Origin: Adineta vaga
Lineage: Eukaryota; Animalia; Rotifera
DNA: 64,000 bases
Reading direction: 5' to 3'
Assembly: GCA_021613535.1 (NCBI GenBank)
Contig: CP075497.1
Span: 4,650,001-4,714,000 of the forward strand
Both the position numbers and the translations under genes were made by a program. Of this stretch, positions 38,170 to 50,976 are shown piece by piece (the first letter of the stretch is position 1; every line of letters starts with the position of its first letter). The notes under the pieces are model-generated. The model worked only from the letters and a program-made list of their open reading frames with translations. It had not been told where the DNA came from and made no database searches.

Positions 38170-41100
38170 TTAGTGAAAGATGTATTTTAAAATGATTGCA
38201 ACGATTATTATAAATACATATTGTAGATAAGGTGAAATCAGATTCAACCGAGTTTGATTATCTTTCGAACGATTTGTTTTCAATAATTTTAAATCTTTTT
38301 CATGTAAATCAAGTCGTTCATTGATGCGTGTCAATGTCGTTTCGATATGTTTCAATATTGTTGCTGGTGAATCATCTGTGATTTTAAAAAATGATGATTT
38401 TTCATTCATATTCGTCGGTGTTGCTGAAGGTGGTTCATCTTCACGAATGTTATTTAAAGATGGCGATGGACCACGTATTAAACTGGAAGTTTGTCCAACA
38501 GATTTATTTGTGGAATTATTACGGTTAGAGTTTTGAGTGGTATGAATCATATTATGCGCACGATGACGAGTACGTGTACAAATAACAAAATTATTTTCAT
38601 ACGTCGAAATATCATTATGAGCATCCCATGGACGAGCACTAAAATTAAAACATTCGTATAGAGATTATCTTCGAACTTTTCTACATGTATAGGATAAGAA
38701 AAGGTAAGGTATACTTTTATGTAAATTCATCTCAAATCCCCATGAGCTCTTTGTCAATCCAAGATAAAGATATTTGCAATTAGTATGCAATCTTTAGGGA
38801 ATTAATAACATTTCTTGATTAAATCTAAAAAAAAGTTTATTATCTGTTTATTATGAACCTACTCAGCATAAGTATAAATCCATTCTTTTGTATTTGGATC
38901 GATATTAAATAAACGTGGATGCCATTCAGTACTAGTTGTTTTGCGCTCTTTGATTTGTTTTCTTTGTTCATCTTCGATAAAAGTTTTTTCTTCTGTTGCA
39001 GAAATTTGATCATTTTGTTTAATTGCTAGTGTAACACGTTGCCATAATCTAGAAGAAAAATCATATTATCGAGTTTTCAAAAATTGAAATATTTCCTTTT
39101 TACTTTTCAGATTCATTATCTTGTTGTTGTTCGATTGGAACAACATATCGTTTTAATCGTGAACTAACAACCGATTGTGTTACTTTCCAGAAAACACTCT
39201 TTATCTTGAAAAACAAAACAGAAGATTATTCGAAAAGATTCGTATGAAAGATTGTACATACATTTGTAGCTTTATCAACAATTGTTATTTCATCATCCCA
39301 ATGACCTGAAAATGTATATATGACATCTTTTTCTAATCGAATTTTCCCTTCAATATGATTTGTAAGCTCTTGACCGCCAATAAATGGCTAAAAACACAGA
39401 TTCAATTGATCAAAAATAAGACAAAACATAGAATATAATCTATACTTTTAATTTAAATTCAATATCAGCTGAATATCGAGTTTTTTCACAAACAATTGTT
39501 ACTTTTCCACCTAATTCCATGGTTAATTTACCTATGAGAATACCTATACAAAAATAATTCCAAGTTTCAAAGAAAAATTTTCACAAAAAAAAACAGAAAA
39601 ATAAAAACCTTTGCAATTAGCATATGGCATCGTAATAATATAATCTTCTCCTCTACTAAGAAGAGTCAATCGTGCAGTTCCATCGAGAATAGCTGAAAGA
39701 CTATTGCCTATAATGAAATTACATATATATATATATATATATATTAGCTTTGCATAAAAAAGAAAAATCATATTCTATACCGTAAAACTTCGATCGAGCC
39801 AAAATACTTCCTTGTACGGCAAAACCTTCTTTTCGATTTGATACATAAAAATTTGCAATTGGTGGATGATGCGATATCTATATGAACAAGACACATATTT
39901 TTGTTTTTCTATTCAAACTACACAACAAATGAAGACAAAAGAACAACAGTAACAAAAGAAATTGACAGGAAAAAAAGGACGATGCTCCTTAATTAGCTTT
40001 GCGCAACTATTTGTTGAATCCAGCCGAGATAAGCGGAAACTCGTGTGTAAATTCCTGGATAATCAATACGAGCGCATCCAACTCCATATGATGTTACACC
40101 AATAAGATACCATTGTTCTGTTCGACGTGGCTTATATATTAATGGTCCACCGGAATCACCTATCAAATAAAATTCAGAACAAATTAATATTCTTTTCTCC
40201 AAGTTTCTCCTTTTATGTTCTTACCTTGACATGTATCTCGACCACCTCCTTGAAGTCCTGCACATATCTGTATACTATTACGATATCCTCCATATACATT
40301 GTCACATGTTGGTAACAATTGAATAATTGCTTGTTGTAATGTATAAGGTAAACTTCCACCTTCACTAGTCAAACCAAATCCTGTAATCACAACTGGTTGA
40401 TACATAGGAATATTAAATGTTGTACTTGGTGGTAGACAAATAACATTAACAGTATTACTAATATCAACTGAATATTGCAAACGTATGATAGCAATATCAT
40501 ATCCATTCTGAGCACTGACATAGTTTTCATGAACGTAAATTGCTGATACACGATAGATTGTGCCAGTATAATAACCTTGTCGAGCCATATTATGTGCACC
40601 AACACGAACAAGATAATCATTGGCATTATTTGATTGCCCAACGATACAATGAGCACCTGTTACAACATGTCGTCGGTCGATTAAAGTTCCACCACAAGTA
40701 AACGAACCGCGAACTGTGATATAGACTTGCCATGGCCAAGCATAATCAGATGCAAGTTCACCGCCGACAATACGCTGATCAGTCGCAAAATAAGATTGCA
40801 TCGTACCACATGCTCGTGTTTGTGCTTGTATATTAGCAACACCGATAATAAATAATACGAAAAGAAATAACATTCTTATGACGATGACCGAGATGTTGTT
40901 GCTTTTTATATAGCGGTCAATTTCTCTTTCGTTATTTCTCTTTTTCTCTTTTCACGCATCTTTATTTTAGGAATGGACGAATAAGAAAGAAAGAAATATT
41001 ACCTGTTCGGCTAAATAAAATGTTTTACTGTCGTTCTTTGTATGATGAAAAAAACATCGATAAACTTCTCCAATAACAGGATTATACGGTTTTTTTAATC

Positions 41101-43515
41101 CCTAAAAGTGTACAAAAACGATAAATCAAAGTTGTCTTTTCTTTTTGTCTTCCAACTAACTTTAGGTTTTTTATAGAATCCTGATAGATAAAATTTAACA
41201 ATTGTTTTCATTCGTACTAATGGATCAGATGAATTCACCGCTCTAAATAATCCATATTTACATTGATGAATGAGAAAAATATATATATATATACTCTTCA
41301 AGAATATCACAATGATGATAATAATCAGAAAGTTTTTCAAGAAATGATCTTGGTTCTAATATGAATGTTGGAAGAACAACTTTCGATAAATCCATTCCAG
41401 GACGAACTTGTTTTAATAAATGCATAATGAGAGATTTATTTTCTTCAGCTACTTCTTCCGTTTGTGCAACATTACCCAACTGAAAAAGAAAAAAATTTTA
41501 TTCAGAGAGAAATATTATTATTTTAGTTTTTACTTCTCCCATTTCTTCAGGTGCTGCTGCAACATAGGGAGTTTCATTATCATCTTCATTTAAACATTCT
41601 TGTGAACTTTCTGAATGACTTGAACCGCTTCTTGATGCTTTACTTATGTCACCACTTGCATCACTCATACGATCATCTTCTACATACAAAGAAAAAAAAG
41701 AAACAAATACGAATGAAGTTTTGAACTGTTCAATTGAAAAATAACCTTCTTTATTTGATAAACGACTGATTTCGAAATCATTGTCTGAAAAACTTGTACT
41801 TAAAAATGTTGTATCACCAGGTGTCGGTGATGGATTTAGAACATTTTGTGTATTTGTTAGTTCATCATTTGTTGTTGTAGATGAATATGGTTTTTTTAAT
41901 AATTTTGAACATTTCATTGTTAATTCAAGTGCATCCATCCAACAACGTCCTAACAAAAAACAAATTTAGCACAAAAGTAATGAATTGATATTCCTTACCA
42001 GCTGTTTCATCACTTGCACGACAGATAAGATAATTCATTGGTAAAGGAAATGTAATCGCACCGAATTGTTCATTATTCGGACCTTTTTGTGCCCAAATTG
42101 ATTTCTCTAATGGATGCCAAATTTTAAAGCAAAATCCAGGTTTTTTCGACGGACGTTGCATAACTAAGATAGAAATTTCATTCATTTGATAGATCACTTT
42201 CAACGATTGACATACCTTCACATGATGACAAAACAATAGTACCAACCCAAACACCATTCTAATTGAAAGAAATTATGATGGAAACAGAAATTTAATTAAC
42301 TAAAAAGACAAACAAACTTTTGAAGGTGGATTTCGATAGAGTAACATCAATCCTGGTTTAAGTATAGCCCATAATTTAGTCCAATCTCTTAATGTTCCTC
42401 GAACTTTTAACCAATCACTAACGATAACAACAGATGAATCTTTGAGAACATTTGCTAATTCAGATGTAATTCGTTTTTTTGCACTTTGATAAGATTGTTT
42501 TTTCATCTAATATAACAAAAGTATATTTTTTTTGTATTTTTTGTTAGTTATTTATTTTTCTTTTACTTTATATGATTCTTGTTTATAATTATTTCGTTCT
42601 ACTGATTCATTTGACGAACCCAATGATTCGAATGTTCTATTAAGCTAAAAATCAATCTTTAAATGCGATTTTTTTTGTTGTTGAAAATAAGACAATTACT
42701 TTATTCATATCATCATCATTCAGTAATCCTATTGTTGCTAAACCTAATTATAAAAAAGAAAAGAATTTATATTATTTTCTAAGCGAATATTCTTACCAGA
42801 AGCTAATTCATCAGGTTTAGCTTGTTCAGTAAAGCTTGATACTGTACTTGATCGAATTAGATTTTGATCACTATCATCTTTATTTCTTGATAATGATCGA
42901 TCTAATCGTGAAGATGTTTGTTTAGTTAATGTTTGCGAACGAATGCCATTGATGTTTGACTAGAAGAAATATTTGATTAATTTTTGACAATTTCAAAAAG
43001 GCACTTACAATATTTTCTTTTGAATCTTGACGATTTGATGATGGATCCATGACAATTTTTGGTATAGTTGACTGAAAGAAGAGGAATTTTAATAATAAAA
43101 TTGATTAATTAGTTAATCATAGTTAGTAAGCTCTTCAAACCTTTCCGTTAGAGCGATTACGTGATGAACAAATAGAGATACGATGATGAGTTGTCATAAT
43201 CAAAGAGCGTCAATAAGAAAAACAAGAATAAAGAAGATGTTGAAGAAGAAGAAGATAGAAACGAAGCAGAGATGTTTTTTGTGCTTTCTCCCTTTTTCTT
43301 TTTTCCTTCCTCGTCTTTTTTACTTTTACTTTTTTAACAGACAGCGAAACATCTTGTTCTTTTGCTTCTTCTTCTTTTTCTTCTATTGCTGAAGTCTGCA
43401 TTAGTACCACTCTGCTTGTTTGCTTGTTAGCATCTTTACTTTCATCTTCGTCGTTATGATTACGTGGACGACTAACGCAACACCAAGATAAATCATTTTT
43501 TTCTTTCCACTTCAT
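38170..43515 (-). CDS. OSBPL8: Oxysterol-binding protein-related ORP5/8 (PH + ORD + C-terminal TM); first exon uncertain
   Basis: PH region [15 protein letters not shown]; [34 protein letters not shown]; LKKPYNP; AEQ|ISHHPP; C-terminal [13 protein letters not shown]. Confidence 0.9.
39993..40873 (-). CDS. Secreted trypsin-like serine protease (S1), 2 exons, nested in an ORP8 intron
   Basis: Signal peptide, R|IVGG activation site, catalytic triad TGAHC / DIAII / GDSGGP, and RDTCQ S1-pocket Asp. Confidence 0.93.
40904..40912 (-). promoter_or_regulatory. TATA box of the nested protease gene
   Basis: Minus-strand TATATAAAA about 30-40 nt upstream of the protease ATG. Confidence 0.55.
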
Positions 43516-44826
43516 TCTTGTTTCGATGGCGATAAACTATGTTGTCCTTGTACTTCTATTATCATGTCTGTTTTCTGACGGATATACTAAAAGGTTTAGT
43601 CTGATTTTTCACTTGAATACGTCAGATAATAAATGTTTTGTTTTTCAATCAATTCAAATTGTGACGTATTGATGTTATTACTTTCGTTACGGTTGCTTGA
43701 TGATTATTCGCTTGGTTTCAGTTATGAGAGAGAAAAAACGTTGGCGAAAAAAAAGAATAGCTACAGTTCTTCTCCACGAGTCATATGTGTGTGTGTGTTT
43801 TTTGTGATAAATATCGATTTTATTTTTACTACTCATGTCTCTCTTCTTTTTCATTATTCTTGCACACAGTCAAATACTATCGAGTATGCACGGTTGACCT
43901 TCTGTATCAATAGTAGATTCTTATTCTCAAGTACTGCTATAAAATAGATGAAAAACAAGATGTTAGTCGTTATTGTCATCTTTTTTTTTTCTTTCGATTA
44001 TCGAATTACACTCGTTTTATATTAATGATACAAGATGCGTTTTTTTTTATATAAGTAAATGGATGAAAATATGAAAAAAGATCTTGTTAATCGTCGTACT
44101 TTTGCTTATATTATATCTCTGATCGTATGGGAACGAAAAGAAAGAAAAAGGCGAAGAAGAAGAAGAATAACAGCAGCAGCAGTAGCAACAGCAAAGATTC
44201 ATCAGACTCTTTTTCTTTCTGATTTGTTTCTATAGCATCAAATGAAAATCTTAATCCATGTTACGATTAGTAAGAGCTGGTTAACTTTGCATGTTTATCT
44301 CACCTTTCTTTTCTGTCTGTTTTTATTCTCCCGTGCTCACATGGGAGGATCATTTGAGTAGAAAAAGTCCTTCAGAAAAATTATATAGTTAACAGAAAAG
44401 GAAATCTTTTGATGGTTTTATTGGTTATTAACTTGAAATTATTTACTTACATTCAATTATTTTCCTGATATTGATAAATGATTGTAATTTTGCATGATCA
44501 ATAAAATAAGAAATGATCTAAAATTAATGAAACTAGTTTTAATCTTTGCAGAAATGTTCAAAGTTCAACATATTAGGAAGAGATTATATTTTAATCATTA
44601 GAGATTTGGAAGAAATGCTAACAAGTTAACAATCTTTTCTGACATGACATGCAAATGAAATACTTCATTTTATCTTCCGACTTTTACTCAATGAGTTTCT
44701 CTCTTCGATTAGAAATGAAAATTCTGATATGAAATATCTAACGGTACTGGTGTAAACCGTTTTCTTTTTTCGAATTTTTATTTATAACAAAAACATGATT
44801 ATTCTTTTTATTTTTTTTCCTTTTCT

Positions 44827-46855
44827 TTAATCAGCTTCATCCATTACTGCATATTGTTCATCTTCTTCATCACGACATTTATATTCGGCGAGTAATTTTC
44901 GAATTTCAGATCCAATTGTCGGATGAAAATGATGATGTAATAATTCCAATAAAGCTTGTTTTTGTTCTTTAGGAAAAATAATTAAACATCGAAAAAACAA
45001 CAACAACAACAATCAAAATTTCATACCTGTGGAAATATCTTGTCGATAATTTTGAACAAAAGATAATAAAGCTTGATGCCAAAGAACTGGAAGTTCACGT
45101 GTATCAGAACGGAATCTATTTACAATCACAATGATGAGAAAAGAAATCAAACTAAGAAAAATAATACATACTTAATGAAATGATGAACAAGTGCATCGAC
45201 AACACGAAATGGTAATGCATAACGTTTCTCGATCAAGGTTCGAATAAATATCGAATTACCACCTGAATAATTCATTTCAGCTATCTTTAATAAAGCAGCT
45301 GCTGAATGTAACATTGGAACGGAATTTTTAGCAAGAATACTAGCAAGTATAACAGCTTCACGGAGGGTACATGTCCCTGACTAAAAGAAAATAAATACAT
45401 TGGTTCTTCTCAGTTAATAATAAAACAAATGATAAATTTCGAAATGAATCAGAATGAATTTAATAATCTATAACTGTCTATTATCATTATTATTACGAAC
45501 TCATTTCAGTTGACTGAATGACTGTAACTATTAATAGATTAATTGAATGTCAATCGTCAAGACATGCTGTCAAATTAACATATTTATGCAAGTTTTTCTC
45601 TTGATTCTACGTAGTTTAATTAAGCAAATCATACTTCGCATAATGGTAGAATAATTCCTTTGAAGAAAGCACTTGGCTTGAATAAAGCTTTTCTCAACGC
45701 CTAGAAAAAAGGAAATTCTTGTTCTTTATTTCGAGAAATAAAACAAATTGATTTACCATATAAAGATGAAAATTCAATTTTTTATATTCATCAATATCAT
45801 CTCGAATACGTGGAAGTAAAATGATATTATAAAATCTATTTGAATTAATAAAAATTTCTATTATTATTTCAATGAAAACTCAAACTTACCGTTGTGCCAT
45901 TTTCGCATCCATATTCGAAGCAAATAATCGTGTAGCTTGATACATAGATGCTGCAGTCCATCGATCTGGTGTTGTAATGAGAAGTACCTGAACAAGAAAT
46001 AAACAAATTCAACTGATCTTATGAACAAGAGTGATTTGTTACTTGTTCCCAATTTGCTAAATTTGGAAGAATTTTGAATGCTTTTGGTATTTTTCCACTT
46101 CGATATTGCGATAGAACTTGTCCGACTTGTTCATACATACTGGCAATACGTGGATCAAGATCACTACCATCTACAAAATACAATGGTTGTCTATCTTTAC
46201 ATCAAATAATCATCTTCCTACTAGATAATTGTTTTTCTGCTTGTTTTTCCGCAATAATATCACCAAGTAATCGTCGTGGTTGACCAGTCATAAATGCTTC
46301 AAGTGCTTTTTCTTCATCTTCATTTATCTAAAAGAAAATTATTTGAAATAATTCATTAAATTTTCTTTGTCTTACTGAAATATCTTCGTCTTCATAATCT
46401 TCTTCCTGAATATTTAAATCTTCATCATCGCTCTCTTCAGTTCGAGTCTTTTTGATTTTATTAATACGTTCTATCGAATCGGGATCTCTATATACATATA
46501 TATGAAATAATTTTATGTTAAATAAATTGAATAAGAAAATTTCTTACGCATCTTGTTGACTGATTGCTAATAGTTCATCATTATCAAATTCATTTTGTTG
46601 TTCTCGAGCTTGTTCAATAATTTTTTTCGATAAACGTTCGTCAATAATCTAATTATTTCAGATCATTACTATAGAACAAACTTTTATGAAAGAAAAACTA
46701 ACTTGTTCATCTTCTTCGTCGGCGTCAAATTTTCGTTTTTGTTTTTGTCGTGTTTTTTTACTGGGAACACTTCGATCTTGATTGATTTGATCGGTTAAAT
46801 TACCAGGTGTTTGAATCGGATCACCTTGGCGTCGAGTTTTTGAATGTCGATTCAT
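44827..46855 (-). CDS. BYSL: Bystin (Enp1), 40S ribosome biogenesis factor, multi-exon
   Basis: [74 protein letters not shown] and [10 protein letters not shown]. Confidence 0.93.
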
Positions 46856-46983
46856 TTTTTTTCTTCTAAAAATAAAAGTAATTTTATCTTTTTATCAAGG
46901 AGAAATCAAATTAATATTCATAAAAAAAGAATCACATGTTGTCTATTGCAATAGATAGAAGAAAAACAAAGAAGTAAAATCAT

Positions 46984-47281
46984 TTATTCTCGTTTTGCTA
47001 ATGTATTCAATTGTTCACGAATACGAGTAAAATTATCTAAGACTAAATTAAGAGTCTCTTTGGATAATTCAATTTGAACTGATTGTTCATTTTCAATAGC
47101 AGATTTTGTTGGATCATTGATCTAAAATACAAAACGAATCAAAATACAATTGTTTATTATGTATCTGCTACATACATCTAATGAAAGAACACAAGATGGT
47201 TGTTGAATGCGTTGACCATTTGCGCCTGGAACTAATTTCATATCAATATACCAATTAAAATCTTTTAATTGAGGTAACATC
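46984..47281 (-). CDS. COMMD9: COMMD9-like COMM domain; only the two 3' exons found; missed by the ORF track
   Basis: MLPQLKDFNWYIDMK...PSCVLSLD|IND...VQIELSKETLNLVLDNFTRIREQLNTLAKRE*. ELSKETL...RIRxQL is typical of COMMD9. Confidence 0.75.
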
Positions 47282-49656
47282 TAAAAGAAGAACAAATTAA
47301 TGTTTTACGAAATTCGGATTTTTTGAGAACCAGTTTAACATTGTCTCGTAAGAACAACAAGACTTTGTTTTCTGTATCGGCAGTAGAAAATTGATAGTTT
47401 TATAGATAATCATTCCCTTAATTAAAACAAATTCGAAGTGGAACTTGTTTAAGATGATTTTTAATCGAACTGAAATGTACGATGAATGATAAGACATGGC
47501 TGATTGTTGACAATTTTGTTGGAAAAAATAAGATATGCTAATAACGACCTCTAAAATACCAGAGCGCACTATTGATGTAAACAATCTAATAATGACGACA
47601 ATTCTTTTCCAGAAAGAAAGAACTAACTAAGAAGAATAGAACGAACAACATGATGAAGAACCGAATGAAATGAATGTCGAGAAGAAGATTGTCTGAGTCA
47701 TTTACATCAAACCTGATTTGCTTATGAAAATAATCAGTAAGTAAGATGCAACGCCACTAACAATGTGAGTAATAAAACGAATATTAGAACCAATGAAAAA
47801 GTTCTTGATAATAAATAGATAAATGTTTAATGGAAATAGATCTTTATTATTCATTTGTAGTGTTTTCTATTCATACGAGATTAGTTGCTCATTCAATTAT
47901 CTATTCGAAATGTAAGTCTTTAACTTGAACTATATTTCGAAATAGATTACAATCCTATTCATCATTCAGGTCTAGATTTCTTCTTCATGCAACTCTTAAT
48001 TTTAAAATGATGTGTTGATTTGTTATACATATAAGTTTTGACATTTTTTTTGTAGGATTAATCCGTCAATGCGCTCTCTTTTAGTTTCAGTTTTACAAGA
48101 TTTTTTCTACTCTCTCTCTCTCTCTCTCAGCAGCTCCACTTTCCATATTTTTTTTAACAGTTCTCGTTATCAATTATATATTAACTCCTTTTTTTGCGTT
48201 TTTCAGAAATCATAAGTAAAAATCAGAAAGCTTCATTCTTCTCAAAATTGAATCGCGTGTGAGTGGATTAGTGATGTATCTAAAAGCTGAAAACAATGCT
48301 CACATTCTCAACAGTATCGATCAATGATAAATAATGTATTGTTTAGAACAATATGAACAGCAAAACACAAGGCATGCAGAGATAGCTAGAAGAGTTTTCG
48401 TAATTAGATAGGTAACAAGCTGTGAACAAAACACAAAGCTGCATAAGATCAAAAGGAAAAGAAAAAGATCATTTCAATCTGTTTCTCTGGAAATTGTAGT
48501 AGTAAATTCAAAACATTCGGTAGTGCAACATTTACATTCATTGAAAAGAACAATGCTTGCATATATGAAAAATATCAATGATACTTTATACTCGTTTCAT
48601 AGCCGCATCAAGTACTACTCATGGATATCTGAAATCTACCTTTGATTTTATCTAGTAGCGTCATAGCAAAGAAATAAATGAATAGATGATAATCACCGTA
48701 AATCCATTGAAAATTCTTTCTATAATAAATGAATTTGTATTATCATAGAGAGAACATATTTCAGCCTCGATTCTCTTTCATGAAATTTATCTCATAGACG
48801 ATAATATGCAAAATACCATACTATATTATCTTTTTTGTTTCCAAATGTATTTAGTTTCATAGTAAAAGACATTGTAATAGACGTACTGGAGAGAGGTCTG
48901 TTGTGATAGAACCTAATAATGAAATACTTAATAAACAATAATTTTCGTACCGATATTGTAACTTCTTTCTTTTGTTATCTATCCATATGTATCGAGAATA
49001 GTATTAAAATCATTATGGTTGAGATCAGTAGCATGAATATGACGACTGTCATGGAGAAACATTGAAGTGTAACACGCAATCGTGTTCTGACAATGAAAAA
49101 CCTCTAATCATTAATCAAAGAAATAGATACAAACGAACAACAATAAAAGCAAAACATACTATCAGCATGTGGTCCTCAGAGAACATCGCAAAAAATGAAT
49201 TGCTGGGGATGAATTATTGATAAAGAGATGTAAAACCTCAATTATTTAATGATTATGAATTTCATTTTCAAAACATTATCAATAAAAATGAAACCATTGA
49301 AGTTTGAAAGCTATTAGTATTATACCTGTGATTATCAAGAAAGAGGTTCGATAATTATCTCAAAGCACTTCGATGTTCGAAGATGTTATAATTATTTATG
49401 TGCAATCTTTCTCAAGTGTTAACATTATTGAAATGTAACAATAAAATTGATAAAGGAGTACTTTCACATTATCAATGATAGTATAATACGATGCAAAGTA
49501 CATCAACCAGGATCTTTCCATCATTCCATAAAGATGGATTCGATGAAGCATTACAAAATAACGTCTTTCGTATTCTAAAAAACACATTCATTTCGCACAT
49601 GATAATTTTTCTCAGAAGAAAAAAATAACTTAAACAATGATTATTCGTGAACTAAA

Positions 49657-50425
49657 ATACTAGATCCATTTTACATTTGTAATCTCAATATAATATCTAT
49701 CTACATTAGACAATCAAATTCTCGATAAAACTTGTGAAAAGGTTCATATCTCGAATTCATCATCTAGTAAATGAACTTATTGTTTTACAACGCTCAATGG
49801 TACATATATTCCATACTACAGATTTCTCTTAACTATATTTATGATCAGTGTGATCATATCATTAGTTTCGATCTTTTTATTATGGAAATGATTAACCAAG
49901 TTAGTCTTTCGAAATTATTATAGCGGATCAAGAGAAGATACTTTCAAACTACTATCAACCATTTGACATTCTACAACATTGACATCATTGAAAATTATAG
50001 TGAGAACACATTCAATGACTATTTTTTATTTACTTGACGGATGTTTGAATTGTTTAGCAACATTAATTATTCATGTTAATTGTATTAAGTACACAATTGC
50101 AAACGATCATACGGTTAGTAGACATTTGTGAATCATCGTATATTGAAAAGCTTACATATATTTAACGAAGAACTACATGAAGACAAACAACATTTGGAAA
50201 CATGCATCAAATTCTCTTATCTTGTTCATATGATACTTTATCAAAATAAAACTCACATCATTATTATTAACAGATCTCTACTGAATCTTATATAACATAA
50301 CGTGAAGAAAGAATATGCAATGATCGAATCTTTTTCATAGAGTTTTTAATGAAATCATTTTGAACGGTGTTCTATCATACCATTTAGTAATACATCAGTA
50401 GACATTAGTTATGTTTAACGCTTCT
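49657..50425 (+). pseudogene. Decayed copy of the expanded bdelloid F-box/LRR-like family
   Basis: Fragments ILDPFY.CNLN, STLDNQILDKTCEKV/ISRIHHLVNELIV...S*LY and TLTSLKI/TFNDY.YLLDGCLNCLATLII are broken by stops and frameshifts. They resemble the remembered family motifs DRICxxILPRIHH and DDCLYLLDGRL. Confidence 0.55.
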
Positions 50426-50976
50426 GTCTTTCTGTAACTCTATATATATGTATATTTTATTCAGATCGAACGAGACATTTCGTTTACATACCGTAAATGA
50501 TTATGTCGTCTATTGAAAAAAAACTAATTGAATTGAAATGAAAGACCTGTTATTCAATGGAGCTAATCGACAATTTTCATTGATTTTTTATAGCAGCATT
50601 TTCAAGATAAAATTCTACTTCGATTATCATATGACTATACAGTTTAAACTTGTCTTATAGTTATATTGATGACAAGTGACTGTCCGTTTAGATCATATAC
50701 ACCTATCTATGATTGATAACTGATAAGTAGTTATCTTTCTTTTTTTTCCAAGACTAAGATCTGAATTTGTATCTTTTTTTGCAAAGATGAAGTAGAATTG
50801 ATTTGCGCGACTAGCGCTATCACTCTCATTCAATCAGATTGGCTTTTTCACTAGCCAACAAAAAAATGTCATTGAAAAAAGAAAATCAACCAGTCGATCG
50901 AAACAAAAAAAAGGACACACACTTTCTGACTGTTTATTGTTGTTTCGCCCGCATACTTTTCTTAATTGATTCGATC

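Noticed and set aside
38640-38862. Longer ORP8 intron with a GU-rich 10-bp stem followed by ACA (H/ACA snoRNA?)
   Set aside because: There is no clear H box or pseudouridylation pocket, and such stems are expected by chance in AT-rich DNA.
47650-47716. ATGATGA...CTGA box C/D-like pair
   Set aside because: There is no convincing terminal stem or recognisable rRNA guide, and it is not in a same-strand host intron.
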